64,000 nucleotides of DNA from Planctomycetota bacterium (lineage in GTDB: Bacteria > Planctomycetota > Phycisphaerae > WQYP01), in NCBI GenBank assembly GCA_021827645.1, contig JAKAVA010000104.1:2840-66839 (forward strand). The letters are read 5' to 3'. The position numbers and the translations under genes are program-made. The notes beneath the pieces are model-generated. The model saw only the letters and a list, made by a program, of their open reading frames with translations, searched no databases and had not been told where the DNA came from. Positions 19,372 to 30,094 of this stretch are shown piece by piece (position 1 is the first letter of the stretch; each line of letters begins with the position of its first letter).

Positions 19372-20913
19372 ATGCCTGAAAATTCCAGCGTGCCGCAGAA
19401 TGCGTTGCAGGCCAAACCATGTGCCATAGTGATATTCGGCGCCACAGGGGACCTGACGGCCCGCAAGCTCCTGCCGGCCATTTATAATCTGACCAGTGAA
19501 GGTTTGCTGCATCCTGATACAGTGGTTATCGGTTTTGCCCGCCGCCCCAAGACGGATGATGATTTCCGACAGGAGATGCTCAAAGGGATCAATTCTTTTT
19601 CCCGCAACCGCCCGGCAGATAACGGTATCTGGGAAAAACTCGCTCCGCGGCTGTTTTATCATCAAAGCACGTTCGAAGATGCTCATGGGTATGCGTCACT
19701 CGCCGCACGACTTTCGGAGTTGGACAAACGATTCGGGCTTTCAGGCCGACGTCTTTATTATCTTTCCACAAGCCCGACGGAATTCAGCACGATTGTGGCC
19801 CAGCTTGGTGAGGCGGGGCTCGGTAATATTGACCCCTTCAACTCGGGCGCGTGGCGGCGGGTCATCGTGGAAAAACCTTTCGGCCATGATCTGAAATCGG
19901 CGCAGGAGTTAAACCATCAGATCAACCGGGTATTTGATGAATCGCAGGTGTTCCGCATCGATCACTATCTGGGAAAGCAGACGGTGCAGAATCTATTGGT
20001 GTTCCGCTTTGCCAATGGGATATTCGAGCCGATCTGGAACCGCCGATATGTTGACCACGTTCAGGTAACCGTGGCGGAGGATATCGGCGTCGAGGGGCGT
20101 GGCGGATATTTCGACACAGCCGGTACGCTTCGGGATATGATTCAGAATCATCTCATGCAGCTTTTGACGCTGGTGGCCATGGAACCGCCTGTATCGCTCG
20201 AGGGCAATGCCATCCGCGATGAAAAGGTTCGAGTATTAAAATCGATCATCCCCTACGCACCGGAACAGGTGGAGCGTATGACGGTTCGCGGACAGTATGT
20301 CCGGGGTGAAAAGCAGGGCAAGCCCGTCATCGGATATCTCGAGGAACGCGGCGTTGCACCCCAAAGCCAGACCGAAACCTACGCCTGCGTGCAACTCGCC
20401 ATTGATAACTGGCGGTGGTACGGAGTTCCCTTCTATCTGCGAAGCGGTAAGCATCTAAAAAGGAAGGGATCCGAGATCAACATCCACTTTAATCGCGCTC
20501 CGGGTGTGCTGTTTAATAAACCGCAACGCGGAACCGGTGCCAATGTTCTTACGCTGCGCATTCAACCGCGCGAGAGTATCGGATTGCAGATTAATGCCAA
20601 ACGTCCGGGTACCGCCACGGCGGTCACGCCGGTTCAAATGGACTTTGAGTATCACGAAGCATTCGGAAGTTATTCACCCGAAGCTTACGAACGACTTTTA
20701 CTGGATGCAATCCTCAATGATTCCACCCTCTTCATACGGCGCGATGAGGTGGAAAGTGCCTGGCAGATCATTGACCGGATTGAGGAAACGTGGGCGGCTG
20801 GCAAACCGCCGCTGAAATTTTATTCTCCAGGATCATGGGGGCCGGATGAAGCGGAGCAATTGCTCCGGGGAAGCGGTCGATCCTGGGATGAATTGCCGCA
20901 GGAAAGCCAATAA
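19372..20913 (+). CDS. zwf: Glucose-6-phosphate 1-dehydrogenase
   Basis: NADP-binding AIVIFGATGDLTARKL; active-site RIDHYLGKQTVQN; ~513 aa. Confidence 0.9.
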   Translation: MPENSSVPQNALQAKPCAIVIFGATGDLTARKLLPAIYNLTSEGLLHPDTVVIGFARRPKTDDDFRQEMLKGINSFSRNRPADNGIWEKLAPRLFYHQSTFEDAHGYASLAARLSELDKRFGLSGRRLYYLSTSPTEFSTIVAQLGEAGLGNIDPFNSGAWRRVIVEKPFGHDLKSAQELNHQINRVFDESQVFRIDHYLGKQTVQNLLVFRFANGIFEPIWNRRYVDHVQVTVAEDIGVEGRGGYFDTAGTLRDMIQNHLMQLLTLVAMEPPVSLEGNAIRDEKVRVLKSIIPYAPEQVERMTVRGQYVRGEKQGKPVIGYLEERGVAPQSQTETYACVQLAIDNWRWYGVPFYLRSGKHLKRKGSEINIHFNRAPGVLFNKPQRGTGANVLTLRIQPRESIGLQINAKRPGTATAVTPVQMDFEYHEAFGSYSPEAYERLLLDAILNDSTLFIRRDEVESAWQIIDRIEETWAAGKPPLKFYSPGSWGPDEAEQLLRGSGRSWDELPQESQ

Positions 20914-20927
20914 ATCACCTGTGCGTT

Positions 20928-22040
20928 TCATCTCAGCGGAATGGCGACGCGTCGGAGATCAGCACTCGCCTGCATCAGGCAGTCATAAAAATCCGACATG
21001 GCGTGCCGCCGCTTCACTCGAATGTAGGCATGTTCACAGAGGACGCGGGTTTGTATCGGGTCTGATCGCAACTCTTCAAGACAATCCGCCCAGTCCTCCG
21101 ATTGATGGACCAGTCGGCAGGTGTCGCCATCAAAGTCGTCCATCAAAGCAGCTCCTCGACACACCACCGCCCGTCGGGCTGCGGCCGCCTCGATGCCGAC
21201 GTGCCACCATCGCGTCTGAGAGGAAATATTAATCACGGCATCCGAGTTTTGAATGGCTGCCGTTGCCGCGCCTACGGCTGGAATGAAACTCACGCGATCT
21301 GATAATTTCATGTTGCGAACCAACCGCCACACCTCATCTTTGGCGTCGCCCGCATCAAGCAGAAGCAGCAGAAAACGTTTCAACCGGTCATCTCCAGCCA
21401 ACGCTCGCAAGAACTCCGCATATTCATCCGGTTTATGGATGACATCCAGGCAGGCCAAGATGAAATCGCCGTCCCTAGGGTAAGCGCGTTGCGATTTACC
21501 ATCTTCGCCAATGTATATGCCCGGTGAGATAACCATCGCTCGCTCGGGTGCCCTGAAAGCCGCGCGAATCGCGTTGGATGCATATCCACTCACAATTTCA
21601 CTTTTTCTATCGTCCCGGTTGATCCGGTCAAAATGCCATCGAATCGCCATGATATCGCGGCATTGAGATAGGACGACGGCTTGGGCGGAACTCCATCCCA
21701 TAAGCAAAATAAGGCTAATCTGATGTCGGTGAAGCTCGGCCGCGACGTGATGCTCGTTACCGGTTCTGCCCGTACGCACCCATTTTATCCACGAACACGA
21801 TTGTACGTGCCAATGTCCGGCCGTATAGGCGCGGAGGGAGTCGGCGGTGTCATGTTCGCTGATGATATAAACGCGCACTCCACCTGCAGAAAGCGCAACA
21901 CTCATTTGCCGCAGTAACGTGAATTCGTTAAGCAGGTTCAGCTCATCGATCCAGATGGACATACGCAACGGTTGGGCGGTCCGAATATCCGATTGCACGG
22001 CATCAGCATTCATGCTTCCATCGATTCTACCCATATCCAA
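20928..22040 (-). CDS. Hypothetical protein, possibly GT-B fold glycosyltransferase (GT4-like)
   Basis: C-terminal RLKRFLLLLLDAGDAKDEVWRLV...DRVSFIPAVG resembles GT4 donor-binding domain; weak. Confidence 0.3.
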   Translation of the reverse strand: MDMGRIDGSMNADAVQSDIRTAQPLRMSIWIDELNLLNEFTLLRQMSVALSAGGVRVYIISEHDTADSLRAYTAGHWHVQSCSWIKWVRTGRTGNEHHVAAELHRHQISLILLMGWSSAQAVVLSQCRDIMAIRWHFDRINRDDRKSEIVSGYASNAIRAAFRAPERAMVISPGIYIGEDGKSQRAYPRDGDFILACLDVIHKPDEYAEFLRALAGDDRLKRFLLLLLDAGDAKDEVWRLVRNMKLSDRVSFIPAVGAATAAIQNSDAVINISSQTRWWHVGIEAAAARRAVVCRGAALMDDFDGDTCRLVHQSEDWADCLEELRSDPIQTRVLCEHAYIRVKRRHAMSDFYDCLMQASADLRRVAIPLR

Positions 22041-22092
22041 GCGGTTTTAACTGCGGGATAGACTCCGATGTGCCACCTGCCCGGCACCATGA

Positions 22093-23424
22093 TCAGGCGG
22101 CGCTTTCCTTGAGTGGAATGGGGCTCGTATCAAAGAGACTTACGCGTCCCTCAACCACATCCGCCGTGATGAGGTAGCGTCCCTTCTGGGCTTGGTCGGG
22201 AAGGTGGTACATGTAATCGAGCATGATTTCCTCCATTACCCCGCGCAATGCGCGGGCCCCGGTATCTCTTTTCAGCGCCCGTCGGGCAATCAGGTGCAGC
22301 GCCTCGTCGGAAAATTCCAACTCGCTGCCTTCCATCTGGAAAAAGCGCTGATACTGCTTCACGATCGCATTTTTAGGTTCGGTCAGAATCTGAATCATGC
22401 CGTTTTCATCCAGCGGCGAAAGCGGGGCGATGATGGGGAGACGCCCGACAAATTCGGGTATCATGCCGAATTCAATGAGATCATCCGGAGTAACCTGCTT
22501 GATGAGTTCCGTCTGGCGCTGCATCTGCCGGGTTTCCGGTTCCACTTCCGCATGAAACCCGATCAACTTTCTTCCCAGCCGCTTGGCGATGATCTGATCC
22601 AATCCGACAAAGGTTCCGCCGCATATGAAAAGGATGTGGGAGGTGTCGAGCTGGATATATTGCTGTTCGGGATGTTTTCGCCCCCCTTGTGGTGGAACGT
22701 TTGCCAGTGTTCCTTCCAGCATTTTAAGCAGCGCCTGCTGAACGCCTTCACCTGACACATCGCGGGTGATGGAGACGTTCATATTCGTCTTGCCAATTTT
22801 GTCGATTTCATCAATATAGATGATGCCTCGTTGGGCAGCCTCAAGGTCGTAATCTGCATTTTGCAGAAGTTTTAAAAGGAGATTTTCCACATCTTCGCCC
22901 ACGTACCCAGCTTCGGTCAGCGTGGTGGCATCGCCGATGGCGAAGGGGACGTTGAGAGATCGGGCTAAGGTTTTGGCCAGCAATGTTTTACCGGAACCTG
23001 TCGGCCCAATCAGCAGGACATTGGACTTATCGAGCTCCACATCCTCTTTACCCCGCGCATCGGCATGCGCCAGACGCTTGTAGTGATTGTGAACAGCTAC
23101 CGCCAACGCCCGCTTCGCATCGTTTTGCCCGATGACGTACTGATCCATGAATTCTTTGAGTTGACGCGGAGGCGGGATCTTACCAATAGGTTGCTTGGGT
23201 CCGCTGACTTTCCGCTTTTCCTGTTTGAAGATATTCAAGCAGAGTTCAGAGCAATTTTCGCAAATGTATATATCATTCGGCCCTTCAACCATCAGCCCGA
23301 CTTCACGGCTTGATTTTCCGCAAAACGAGCAATTGGTCACCCGCCGGCCTTTAAATTTAGCACCAGCGCCGTCATCTCCGCCTCGGCTGCCGCCGCTTCC
23401 ATTTCCGTTCGATTGATTTGCCAT
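22093..23424 (-). CDS. clpX: ATP-dependent Clp protease ATP-binding subunit ClpX
   Basis: N-terminal C4 zinc finger CSFCGK...CENC; Walker [15 protein letters not shown]; ClpX-type AAA+ body. Confidence 0.9.
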   Translation of the reverse strand: MANQSNGNGSGGSRGGDDGAGAKFKGRRVTNCSFCGKSSREVGLMVEGPNDIYICENCSELCLNIFKQEKRKVSGPKQPIGKIPPPRQLKEFMDQYVIGQNDAKRALAVAVHNHYKRLAHADARGKEDVELDKSNVLLIGPTGSGKTLLAKTLARSLNVPFAIGDATTLTEAGYVGEDVENLLLKLLQNADYDLEAAQRGIIYIDEIDKIGKTNMNVSITRDVSGEGVQQALLKMLEGTLANVPPQGGRKHPEQQYIQLDTSHILFICGGTFVGLDQIIAKRLGRKLIGFHAEVEPETRQMQRQTELIKQVTPDDLIEFGMIPEFVGRLPIIAPLSPLDENGMIQILTEPKNAIVKQYQRFFQMEGSELEFSDEALHLIARRALKRDTGARALRGVMEEIMLDYMYHLPDQAQKGRYLITADVVEGRVSLFDTSPIPLKESAA

Positions 23425-23672
23425 ACAAAATTCCGCCTAATCTCGGCGGGTCTACTCCACTAAAACCAGCATCCTCTGCAGGGGCCGCTCGTCGGGCAAC
23501 CACCACCAGGGGCTTTCCCGACCAAACTCATTTTCCCGCCCGCTTTGATGACACAGCAAACAGGCGGGCGTGAGCGGCTTGCCGTCGGCAAAGGCGCTAC
23601 CCCTGATACTATAGCATAAAAGCCCGCTTTTTTAATCGGTCTGATCGTATCCAAAAATTGGGAATGCGGCCG

Positions 23673-23963
23673 TTACGGTGAATCACCATTGAGGCGCCTC
23701 GCCATTTTCATTGCGCGTGCCCGCTTGATTTGTTTGTATTCAGCTTCGGTGATAAGGCCCCGTTCCACCATCGACTCCATGTCGCGAAATGAAAATCCCT
23801 CAACCGAATCGCCGTGCGCTGTGAGCGACCGACGGCGCACCCAGAGAATAATGACAAAGCTCGCAATGACCAGCGCAATCAACACGCCACATCCCACCGC
23901 AAGGCTTACAAGAGTACCCACAGCGTGAACACCTGTTGTCGAAGCAGCGCTATCAGAAGTCAT
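23673..23963 (-). CDS. Small membrane protein with C-terminal SHOCT-like domain
   Basis: One TM helix followed by ERGLITEAEYKQIKRARAM. Confidence 0.45.
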   Translation of the reverse strand: MTSDSAASTTGVHAVGTLVSLAVGCGVLIALVIASFVIILWVRRRSLTAHGDSVEGFSFRDMESMVERGLITEAEYKQIKRARAMKMARRLNGDSP

Positions 23964-24087
23964 GGCATGATTATTCCATAAAACCTAACGCATCACCGTA
24001 TCGGCGACGACACCATTCGCATCTTCGCCGACATTCATTATCATACGTCAAATAAGCCTCCGGTGGCAGCAAAAAAAGGAGAAAAAC

Positions 24088-24582
24088 ATGAGTGACGATT
24101 ACGAACTCAAACCACACGATCCTGTAGAAGCAACGCGCAATCCCCCACCCGCCACGCCCGCTGATTCAGCACCACCGAACAGTTCGTCGGCAAAACCCGC
24201 CCCGACTCAAGAGGAAAAATCCGAAGCTGATTTGGGGAATCACCGGGCTATGGCCATTTTGGCCTATATACCCGTTTTTGTTGTTGTGCCCCTGATATTT
24301 GGTCAGCAGAGCCGATTTGTTCGATATCACACCAACCAGGGATTTCTGCTCTTTAGTCTGGAAGCTCTGCGGTGGGGAGTCATGAGCGTGTTGTACACCG
24401 GCCTGCCGCTTTTGTTCCAATCGCACCCCATGTTGTCCCTTTTCGGCTTTATCAACGGCGTGATCTCATTCCTCTTCCTGGCGCTGGCCATCGTCGGGAT
24501 ACTCCATGTCATGAGCGGGAATTGTGAGGAATTGCCGGGCATCGGTAAATATCGCGTAATCGAAATTGACCCAGCCGAGTGA
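24088..24582 (+). CDS. DUF4870-family membrane protein
   Basis: HRAMAILAYIPVFVVVPLIF...YHTNQGFLLF pattern and 3-4 TM helices. Confidence 0.5.
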   Translation: MSDDYELKPHDPVEATRNPPPATPADSAPPNSSSAKPAPTQEEKSEADLGNHRAMAILAYIPVFVVVPLIFGQQSRFVRYHTNQGFLLFSLEALRWGVMSVLYTGLPLLFQSHPMLSLFGFINGVISFLFLALAIVGILHVMSGNCEELPGIGKYRVIEIDPAE

Positions 24583-25654
24583 TTCGATCCACCGCTTGCG
24601 TTCCGCTGACGAGAAAAGAGGTTCCGTGCCACCCGATCAATGGTTTGACGCACATCTTGATCTGGCCTATCTCGCACTTCATGGGCGGGCCATGCATGTG
24701 CCCCTTAGCGACGTGCGGATGACGGAACCAGCTGCGGCTCTCACCATTCCAAATTTGACGGCTGCTGGAGTTAGCGAAATTCTTGCAACCGTTTTTGTCC
24801 AACCCAAGGACGACGGGCAACCTGATGCGAAGGGTCCGTGGTATTTTCAAAATTCTGCCGAAGCTCATCAGGCTGCCGTCGCGCAGTTGGACATCTACGA
24901 TCGCTGGTTTGAGATGGGGCTGCTGCAAAGTTCGCGGCACGTGGATTCGGCATCCCGATCTCCCATGGCGTGGCTTTTGATGGAAGGGTGCGATGCGATT
25001 CGCGACATGGGTGACCTTGATTATTTCCACCACCGCGGTGTTGATGCGATCAGTTTGACATGGATTCACGCAAATCGATGGGCCGCGGGAAATGAAGCCA
25101 GGGGCGGTCTCAGCGACGACGGGCGAAAACTGCTGGACCGTGCTGCGGAACTTGGCATCATTCTGGATGTTTCGCATCTGTCGGAAGAAGCGTTCTTTGA
25201 TGTCTTGGACGTATATCCGGGACAAATCATCGCATCCCATTCCAATGCACGTTCGCTTCTCCCTTTGCCGCTGCAGAGCGAACGAAACTTGACGGACGAC
25301 CAGATACGCCGACTCGCGGAGGTCGGCGGCGTGATCGGCATCAACTTATATTCCAGATTTCTCGCATCCGGCCGGGCCGTTATGGCAGATGTCATCCAAC
25401 ATATCAAGCATATCGCAGCGGTTACCGGGTCCATGAAGCATGTGGGACTGGGTTCTGATATGGACGGTGGCTTCGACTGTACGTCCCTGCCGGTTCAGTT
25501 GGAATCGCATACTGACCTGAACAGACTGGCTGATGCGATGGCGCAAACGGGCTTCAGCGATGACGATATCGTGCGTTTTTCGTCGGCCAACTGGTCGGCG
25601 GTCATTTCCCGCAAAACCCGCGGCAGTTGGGGCGATAAGGTGCGTACCGCCTGA
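24566..25654 (+). CDS. Membrane dipeptidase, peptidase family M19 (true start probably near 24616)
   Basis: DAHLDLAY (metal ligands), LMEGCD, VSHLSEEAF, HSNARSL motifs of M19 dipeptidases. Confidence 0.7.
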   Translation: MTQPSDSIHRLRSADEKRGSVPPDQWFDAHLDLAYLALHGRAMHVPLSDVRMTEPAAALTIPNLTAAGVSEILATVFVQPKDDGQPDAKGPWYFQNSAEAHQAAVAQLDIYDRWFEMGLLQSSRHVDSASRSPMAWLLMEGCDAIRDMGDLDYFHHRGVDAISLTWIHANRWAAGNEARGGLSDDGRKLLDRAAELGIILDVSHLSEEAFFDVLDVYPGQIIASHSNARSLLPLPLQSERNLTDDQIRRLAEVGGVIGINLYSRFLASGRAVMADVIQHIKHIAAVTGSMKHVGLGSDMDGGFDCTSLPVQLESHTDLNRLADAMAQTGFSDDDIVRFSSANWSAVISRKTRGSWGDKVRTA

Positions 25655-25672
25655 TTCCGGTGGAATGGCACC

Positions 25673-27142
25673 CTACCGGTGTTCGGGCTCTGATAATTCA
25701 ACGGCCGCTCTTTTTATCGCCCGACGCCACCACGCAATTTGAGTTGATACCGATTTAATTCCACCCGAGCCGGTCGATCGGTAAGCTCGAAGCACGTTCG
25801 CGGAACCGAGTGACTTAAATACATCCGGTCCGATCACCGGGCATTGGCGGCGCATGTCGTCCAGCGGAAGTTTCGAGAGAGTCGTAATACCGGTATCCTC
25901 ACAACGGGCGACTAATTTCCCCACGACCTGATGCGCCGTTCGGAATGGGATTCCCTTGTTGACGAGATATTCCGCCAGTACTGTGGCGTCAGGAAATCCC
26001 TCATCGATGCGGCTGCTGATCACGGCTGAGTTAATAGAAACTCCCCGCACCATTGCCGCAGCCATTTCAATACATGGTAGGATGGCATCGAATGCCGAAA
26101 AGACCAGCCGCTTGTCCTCCTGCATGTCTCGGTTATACCCCATGGGCAATCCTTTGAACATGGCCAGAAGAGCGATCAATTGCCCGTAGATTCCGCCGGT
26201 TTTTCCACGGATGAGTTCCAGCATGTCGGGATTCCGTTTCTGGGGCATCATGGAACTTCCAGTCGTATGGGTATCGGCAAGCCGGATGAATTGAAATTCC
26301 GTCGAACTGTAGATGATCCACTGTTCCGCAAACCGTGAAAGATGCATGGCCACCATGGACATGGCAAAGACCAGTTCCACGGCGAAATCACGATCACTGA
26401 CGGAATCGAGGCTGTTTCGCGTCACACCGGTGAAACCCAGTTCACGGGCACTATACGCCCGATCAATCGGAAGTGTCGATCCGGCGGCAGCCCCGGCACC
26501 GAGTGGAGATATGCTGGTGCGACGGCGGACATCCAGCAATCGCAGTCGGTCACGATCCAGCATTTCAACATAGGCGAGCAATTCATGCGCAAAGACGATC
26601 GGTTGTGCCCGTTGCAGATGGGTATAAGAAGGTGCTGGAATTTCAGATGCACCTTCGGCAAGCGCCAGGAATGCCTGCTGCAGATCGATAATGGCGCGGT
26701 GCAGGGCGGCAGCGGCGTCCAGACACCAGAGACGAAGATCCAGTGCCACCTGATCATTACGCGACCGGCCCGTATGCAATTTTCTTCCCGGATCGCCAAT
26801 TCGCTCCACCAATGCGGATTCAATCGCCATGTGGATATCCTCCTGCCGGATATCCCATTTGAATCGGCCGGCGCGAATATCGTCCAATATGGAGTTGAGT
26901 CCGGACCGAATCCGTTCCAATTCCGTCCGATGGATCAGCCCCACTTTGGCCAGCATGTCGGCGTGAACAAGAGATCCGCGTATATCATACTCCGCGAGTC
27001 GTTTGTCAAACGACAGGGATTCAACAAACTTTTCCGCGACGCGGTCCTCCGATGCGCCGATCCGTGCCTGCCAAGATTTACCGGGTATTGTGTTTTCCCT
27101 GTTGCGGGCCTTCATTCCGGCGTGTGCTGCTTTTTTCTTCAT
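25673..27142 (-). CDS. argH: Argininosuccinate lyase
   Basis: Fumarate-lyase signature GSSMMPQKRNPD; length 489 aa; WQARIGA...ESLSFDKRL N-terminus. Confidence 0.9.
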   Translation of the reverse strand: MKKKAAHAGMKARNRENTIPGKSWQARIGASEDRVAEKFVESLSFDKRLAEYDIRGSLVHADMLAKVGLIHRTELERIRSGLNSILDDIRAGRFKWDIRQEDIHMAIESALVERIGDPGRKLHTGRSRNDQVALDLRLWCLDAAAALHRAIIDLQQAFLALAEGASEIPAPSYTHLQRAQPIVFAHELLAYVEMLDRDRLRLLDVRRRTSISPLGAGAAAGSTLPIDRAYSARELGFTGVTRNSLDSVSDRDFAVELVFAMSMVAMHLSRFAEQWIIYSSTEFQFIRLADTHTTGSSMMPQKRNPDMLELIRGKTGGIYGQLIALLAMFKGLPMGYNRDMQEDKRLVFSAFDAILPCIEMAAAMVRGVSINSAVISSRIDEGFPDATVLAEYLVNKGIPFRTAHQVVGKLVARCEDTGITTLSKLPLDDMRRQCPVIGPDVFKSLGSANVLRAYRSTGSGGIKSVSTQIAWWRRAIKRAAVELSEPEHR

Positions 27143-27225
27143 GGTGTTCTTTCAACTATGTCGGCCGCACATGGGAATCCGGTTTCGGATTCGTTATCGC
27201 GGCACCGGTTTATAACGATTGACTC

Positions 27226-28881
27226 TCATATCCCCGGGCCGAAGGTTTTATCCGAATCTCCATGATGCGGGTGCGAAAGCGGGATGGTGATGCGGAAGGT
27301 CGTGCCACTACCCAGCTTGGAAACAGCCTCGATCCGCCCACCGTGCTCCTCGACGATTTTTTTTGTGACGGCGAGCCCCAGCCCCGTCCCCTTCTGTCCC
27401 TTCGTGGAGTAAAAGGGTTGGAAGATCCGCTGCAGATCATCGGGCTTGATCCCTACGCCGTTATCCTGCACCTCAATGACGGCCAGGTGTGCCACAGGAT
27501 CGACATCGCTTTTAAGTGTGATCACACCGCGCCCCGATTCGACAGCATCAATGGCGTTGCCCAGCAGATTCAAGACCGCCTGATGGAGGCCGTCGGCGTC
27601 GGCGGGTACGGGAGGCTGATCTTTATTGATTTCCGTCAGCAAGGTGACCTTTTTGTCCTTGGCCGCAGTCACCAGCAGTTCGAGGCATTCGTTGAGCACA
27701 TACGGTATATTGGTTAACTCATAATTTGGGCTGCGTGGCTTGGAATAGGCAAGCATGTTCATGGTCAGAGCCTGAACCTTATCCAGATTGCGCTGCAGAA
27801 TCGACCACCCCATCTGTATCTGATTGATATCGGTGTTTTTAATGCCCATATCTACAACGTCAGCGCCGCCCCGCATTCCCTGAAGGATATTCTTGATCGA
27901 ATGCGACAGGGAGGCGACGGTCTGGCCGGTGGCAGCAAGACGTTCCTGACGTACCGATTCCTGATAAAGTCGGGCGATTTCAATCGCGAGACCCGACTGC
28001 AGCCCGATGGCTGTCAGCAGGCGGAGTTGATCGGGGGTGTAAGAATAATTTTTAACGCTTGAATCAATATGCAGCACGCCAAGATTTTTTTCCCGTCCCT
28101 TGATGGGTACACAGATCGCACTGCGAATAGCCATATCGTGAACCGACTTGCCCTTAAGGAATCGCTGATCGGTCATGGCATTGCTGGAGAGAACACCTTC
28201 ATTTTTGGACAATACGTGCTGAATAATGGTCTGGCTTACGGCAATTTTTCCGACCTGCTCTTCACTGCGGTAGCGTACAACTACCGGCACCACTTTACCT
28301 GTCGCATCATCCAGCAGGCCAATGAATCCCCTGTCCGCCCGCAGTTGTTCGAAGACCAGATCCATCACTTTGTTGAGCAACTGCTGTTGATCAAAGACAC
28401 TTGCAATGGCCGTGGAAATCTGCAGCAGCACTTTGAAATGGGCCATCGCAACCTGAGACGGTTCGGGAGCCGCGAGTATCACGGAATCATCACTGCTGGG
28501 AATCGTGCTGATGATACTGGAATCCCCGGGTCCGGAGCCGCTCTCCGAAGAGATATTATCTGATTCGGCAAGACTTACGCTGTTGGCGGCGGCACCGAAG
28601 ACAAGCAGGGTTGATCCCAGGCGAATTTGATCTCCCACCTTCAAGCGAGACGATTTATTGAGCTTCACGCCGTTAACAAAAACACCATTGGCACCGCCGG
28701 CATCAGATATCGTCCAAGTATTATTCGAAAACTCTATGTAGGCGTGCTTTCGTGAAACCGTCAGATCAGAAAGTGGAACCTGCTCACTGCTTCGGCCGAT
28801 CAATACCGGCTCACGCATGGGGAATTCAAACTGACGCCCTTTATCCGGGCCCTGCAGAACATAAAGAGAGAGTTGCGGCAC
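27226..28881 (-). CDS. Sensor histidine kinase with N-terminal FHA domain, central GAF domain, HisKA and HATPase_c
   Basis: FHA: LIGRSSEQVPLSDLTVSRKHAYIEF...GVFVNG; Ser-rich linker; GAF region; H-box LAATGQTVASLSHSIKN; G-boxes GTGLGLAV. Confidence 0.8.
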   Translation of the reverse strand: MPQLSLYVLQGPDKGRQFEFPMREPVLIGRSSEQVPLSDLTVSRKHAYIEFSNNTWTISDAGGANGVFVNGVKLNKSSRLKVGDQIRLGSTLLVFGAAANSVSLAESDNISSESGSGPGDSSIISTIPSSDDSVILAAPEPSQVAMAHFKVLLQISTAIASVFDQQQLLNKVMDLVFEQLRADRGFIGLLDDATGKVVPVVVRYRSEEQVGKIAVSQTIIQHVLSKNEGVLSSNAMTDQRFLKGKSVHDMAIRSAICVPIKGREKNLGVLHIDSSVKNYSYTPDQLRLLTAIGLQSGLAIEIARLYQESVRQERLAATGQTVASLSHSIKNILQGMRGGADVVDMGIKNTDINQIQMGWSILQRNLDKVQALTMNMLAYSKPRSPNYELTNIPYVLNECLELLVTAAKDKKVTLLTEINKDQPPVPADADGLHQAVLNLLGNAIDAVESGRGVITLKSDVDPVAHLAVIEVQDNGVGIKPDDLQRIFQPFYSTKGQKGTGLGLAVTKKIVEEHGGRIEAVSKLGSGTTFRITIPLSHPHHGDSDKTFGPGI

Positions 28882-29269
28882 GCTGATTTATCCGTCTAAA
28901 GCCTTAAGACCCGGTTTGCATCCATACAGTACCGAGGTTCACGACCGTCACCACACGACACATACTCACTCAACCACCGACCGGTCGGGAAAATCTTCCG
29001 CCGATGGAGGGGGCAGTACGATCGGAACAACATGCTGCCCGTTGCCCACACATTGTAGTTATATCTGCGCCGGCTGGATAGTTACCTGCGCTAATCCGCC
29101 AATTTCCCTTATCCGCGTGACCGTAACATCTCCCAACCGAGCGGAATATGGGAAGACCGCAATTCCCACGAAGAGCGATCGACCATTGCCCGGTTGATAA
29201 GGGTTTGCGCAACCCCGATTTCGGCCTGCTCCGGGTGCTTTGCCCATCTGAAGCGATATCCGGACGAGA

Positions 29270-29737
29270 TCAATTTGTTGTCGGGGAATTCTCATTCTTG
29301 CAGCCAGTGTCCTGAGATGCAGCGAGCAGTTGCAGCATAGAATCCATCTGCGTGCGCAGTCGGTCGCTGATTGATCCCAGCGTGGCGGCTGCATCGTGCG
29401 CAAGTACGCCATATTGCCTCATTTGCTTCGGCCGCAGATTGTCGGCAAAATTGACTGCCTGAATGAGTGTGACCCGAAAGTTCCAGACCGCACTGATTTC
29501 GGGGGCCGGTAATTCAACGCCATTCTCTTCCAGGATGGACCGCATCGTTGCGCGTATATCTTCCAGCCAGTTTTGAGCAATCGAAATTAACGTTTCATCA
29601 GCATCGGCGTCTATTGAGTTCAGTGGGGACGGTGATTTTGACACTTCAAGTTGCGAAACCGCAACGGTTAGGAGGCGGTCGATTTCCTGAAAAGTCGCCA
29701 GCAGATTGCGCTTATGATTCTCGTTGAGCCCTGACAT
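29270..29737 (-). CDS. Hypothetical protein (~155 aa from internal Met; ORF extends to 29812)
   Basis: ORF only; no recognisable motif; divergent from the kinase gene. Confidence 0.3.
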   Translation of the reverse strand: MSGLNENHKRNLLATFQEIDRLLTVAVSQLEVSKSPSPLNSIDADADETLISIAQNWLEDIRATMRSILEENGVELPAPEISAVWNFRVTLIQAVNFADNLRPKQMRQYGVLAHDAAATLGSISDRLRTQMDSMLQLLAASQDTGCKNENSPTTN

Positions 29738-30094
29738 GTATCCATCCGTTCCCGAATAACATCTGCGATTACAGTAGTCACGAAAACAATTGACTACTGA
29801 TTGCTGACTCAATTCCGATTATCCCGTCGGAATTTCCTGCCGGTGCCGCTATTTCCCACGAGTTTGTCAGCTTTTCCCAAGCTCTAACGTCGCTGGATTC
29901 TTTTTCCGAAGCTTAATCGTCCCAAGGTACATCGATTTTGTCAAACGTTATTCTTAAATTTGGACATGCCGCTTGATCGAGCGGGTGGAAATATTTTCAT
30001 TGCTCCGTTAACTTCGTGCTACGGCAAACATGAGTTTGGATATCCGTATTCAGGGTTAATCTTCTTCGGGCTATGTCAGGATAGGAGTAGTTCA

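Noticed and set aside
22192-22755. 187-aa ORF antisense to clpX
   Set aside because: Nested in the clpX coding region; no domain features
23460-23654. 64-aa ORF upstream of clpX
   Set aside because: Gly/Pro/Cys-rich low-complexity sequence with no RBS; likely non-coding leader
26342-27265. 307-aa plus-strand ORF antisense to argH
   Set aside because: Overlaps the argH frame, which carries the unmistakable fumarate-lyase signature; low-complexity Arg/Gly-rich translation
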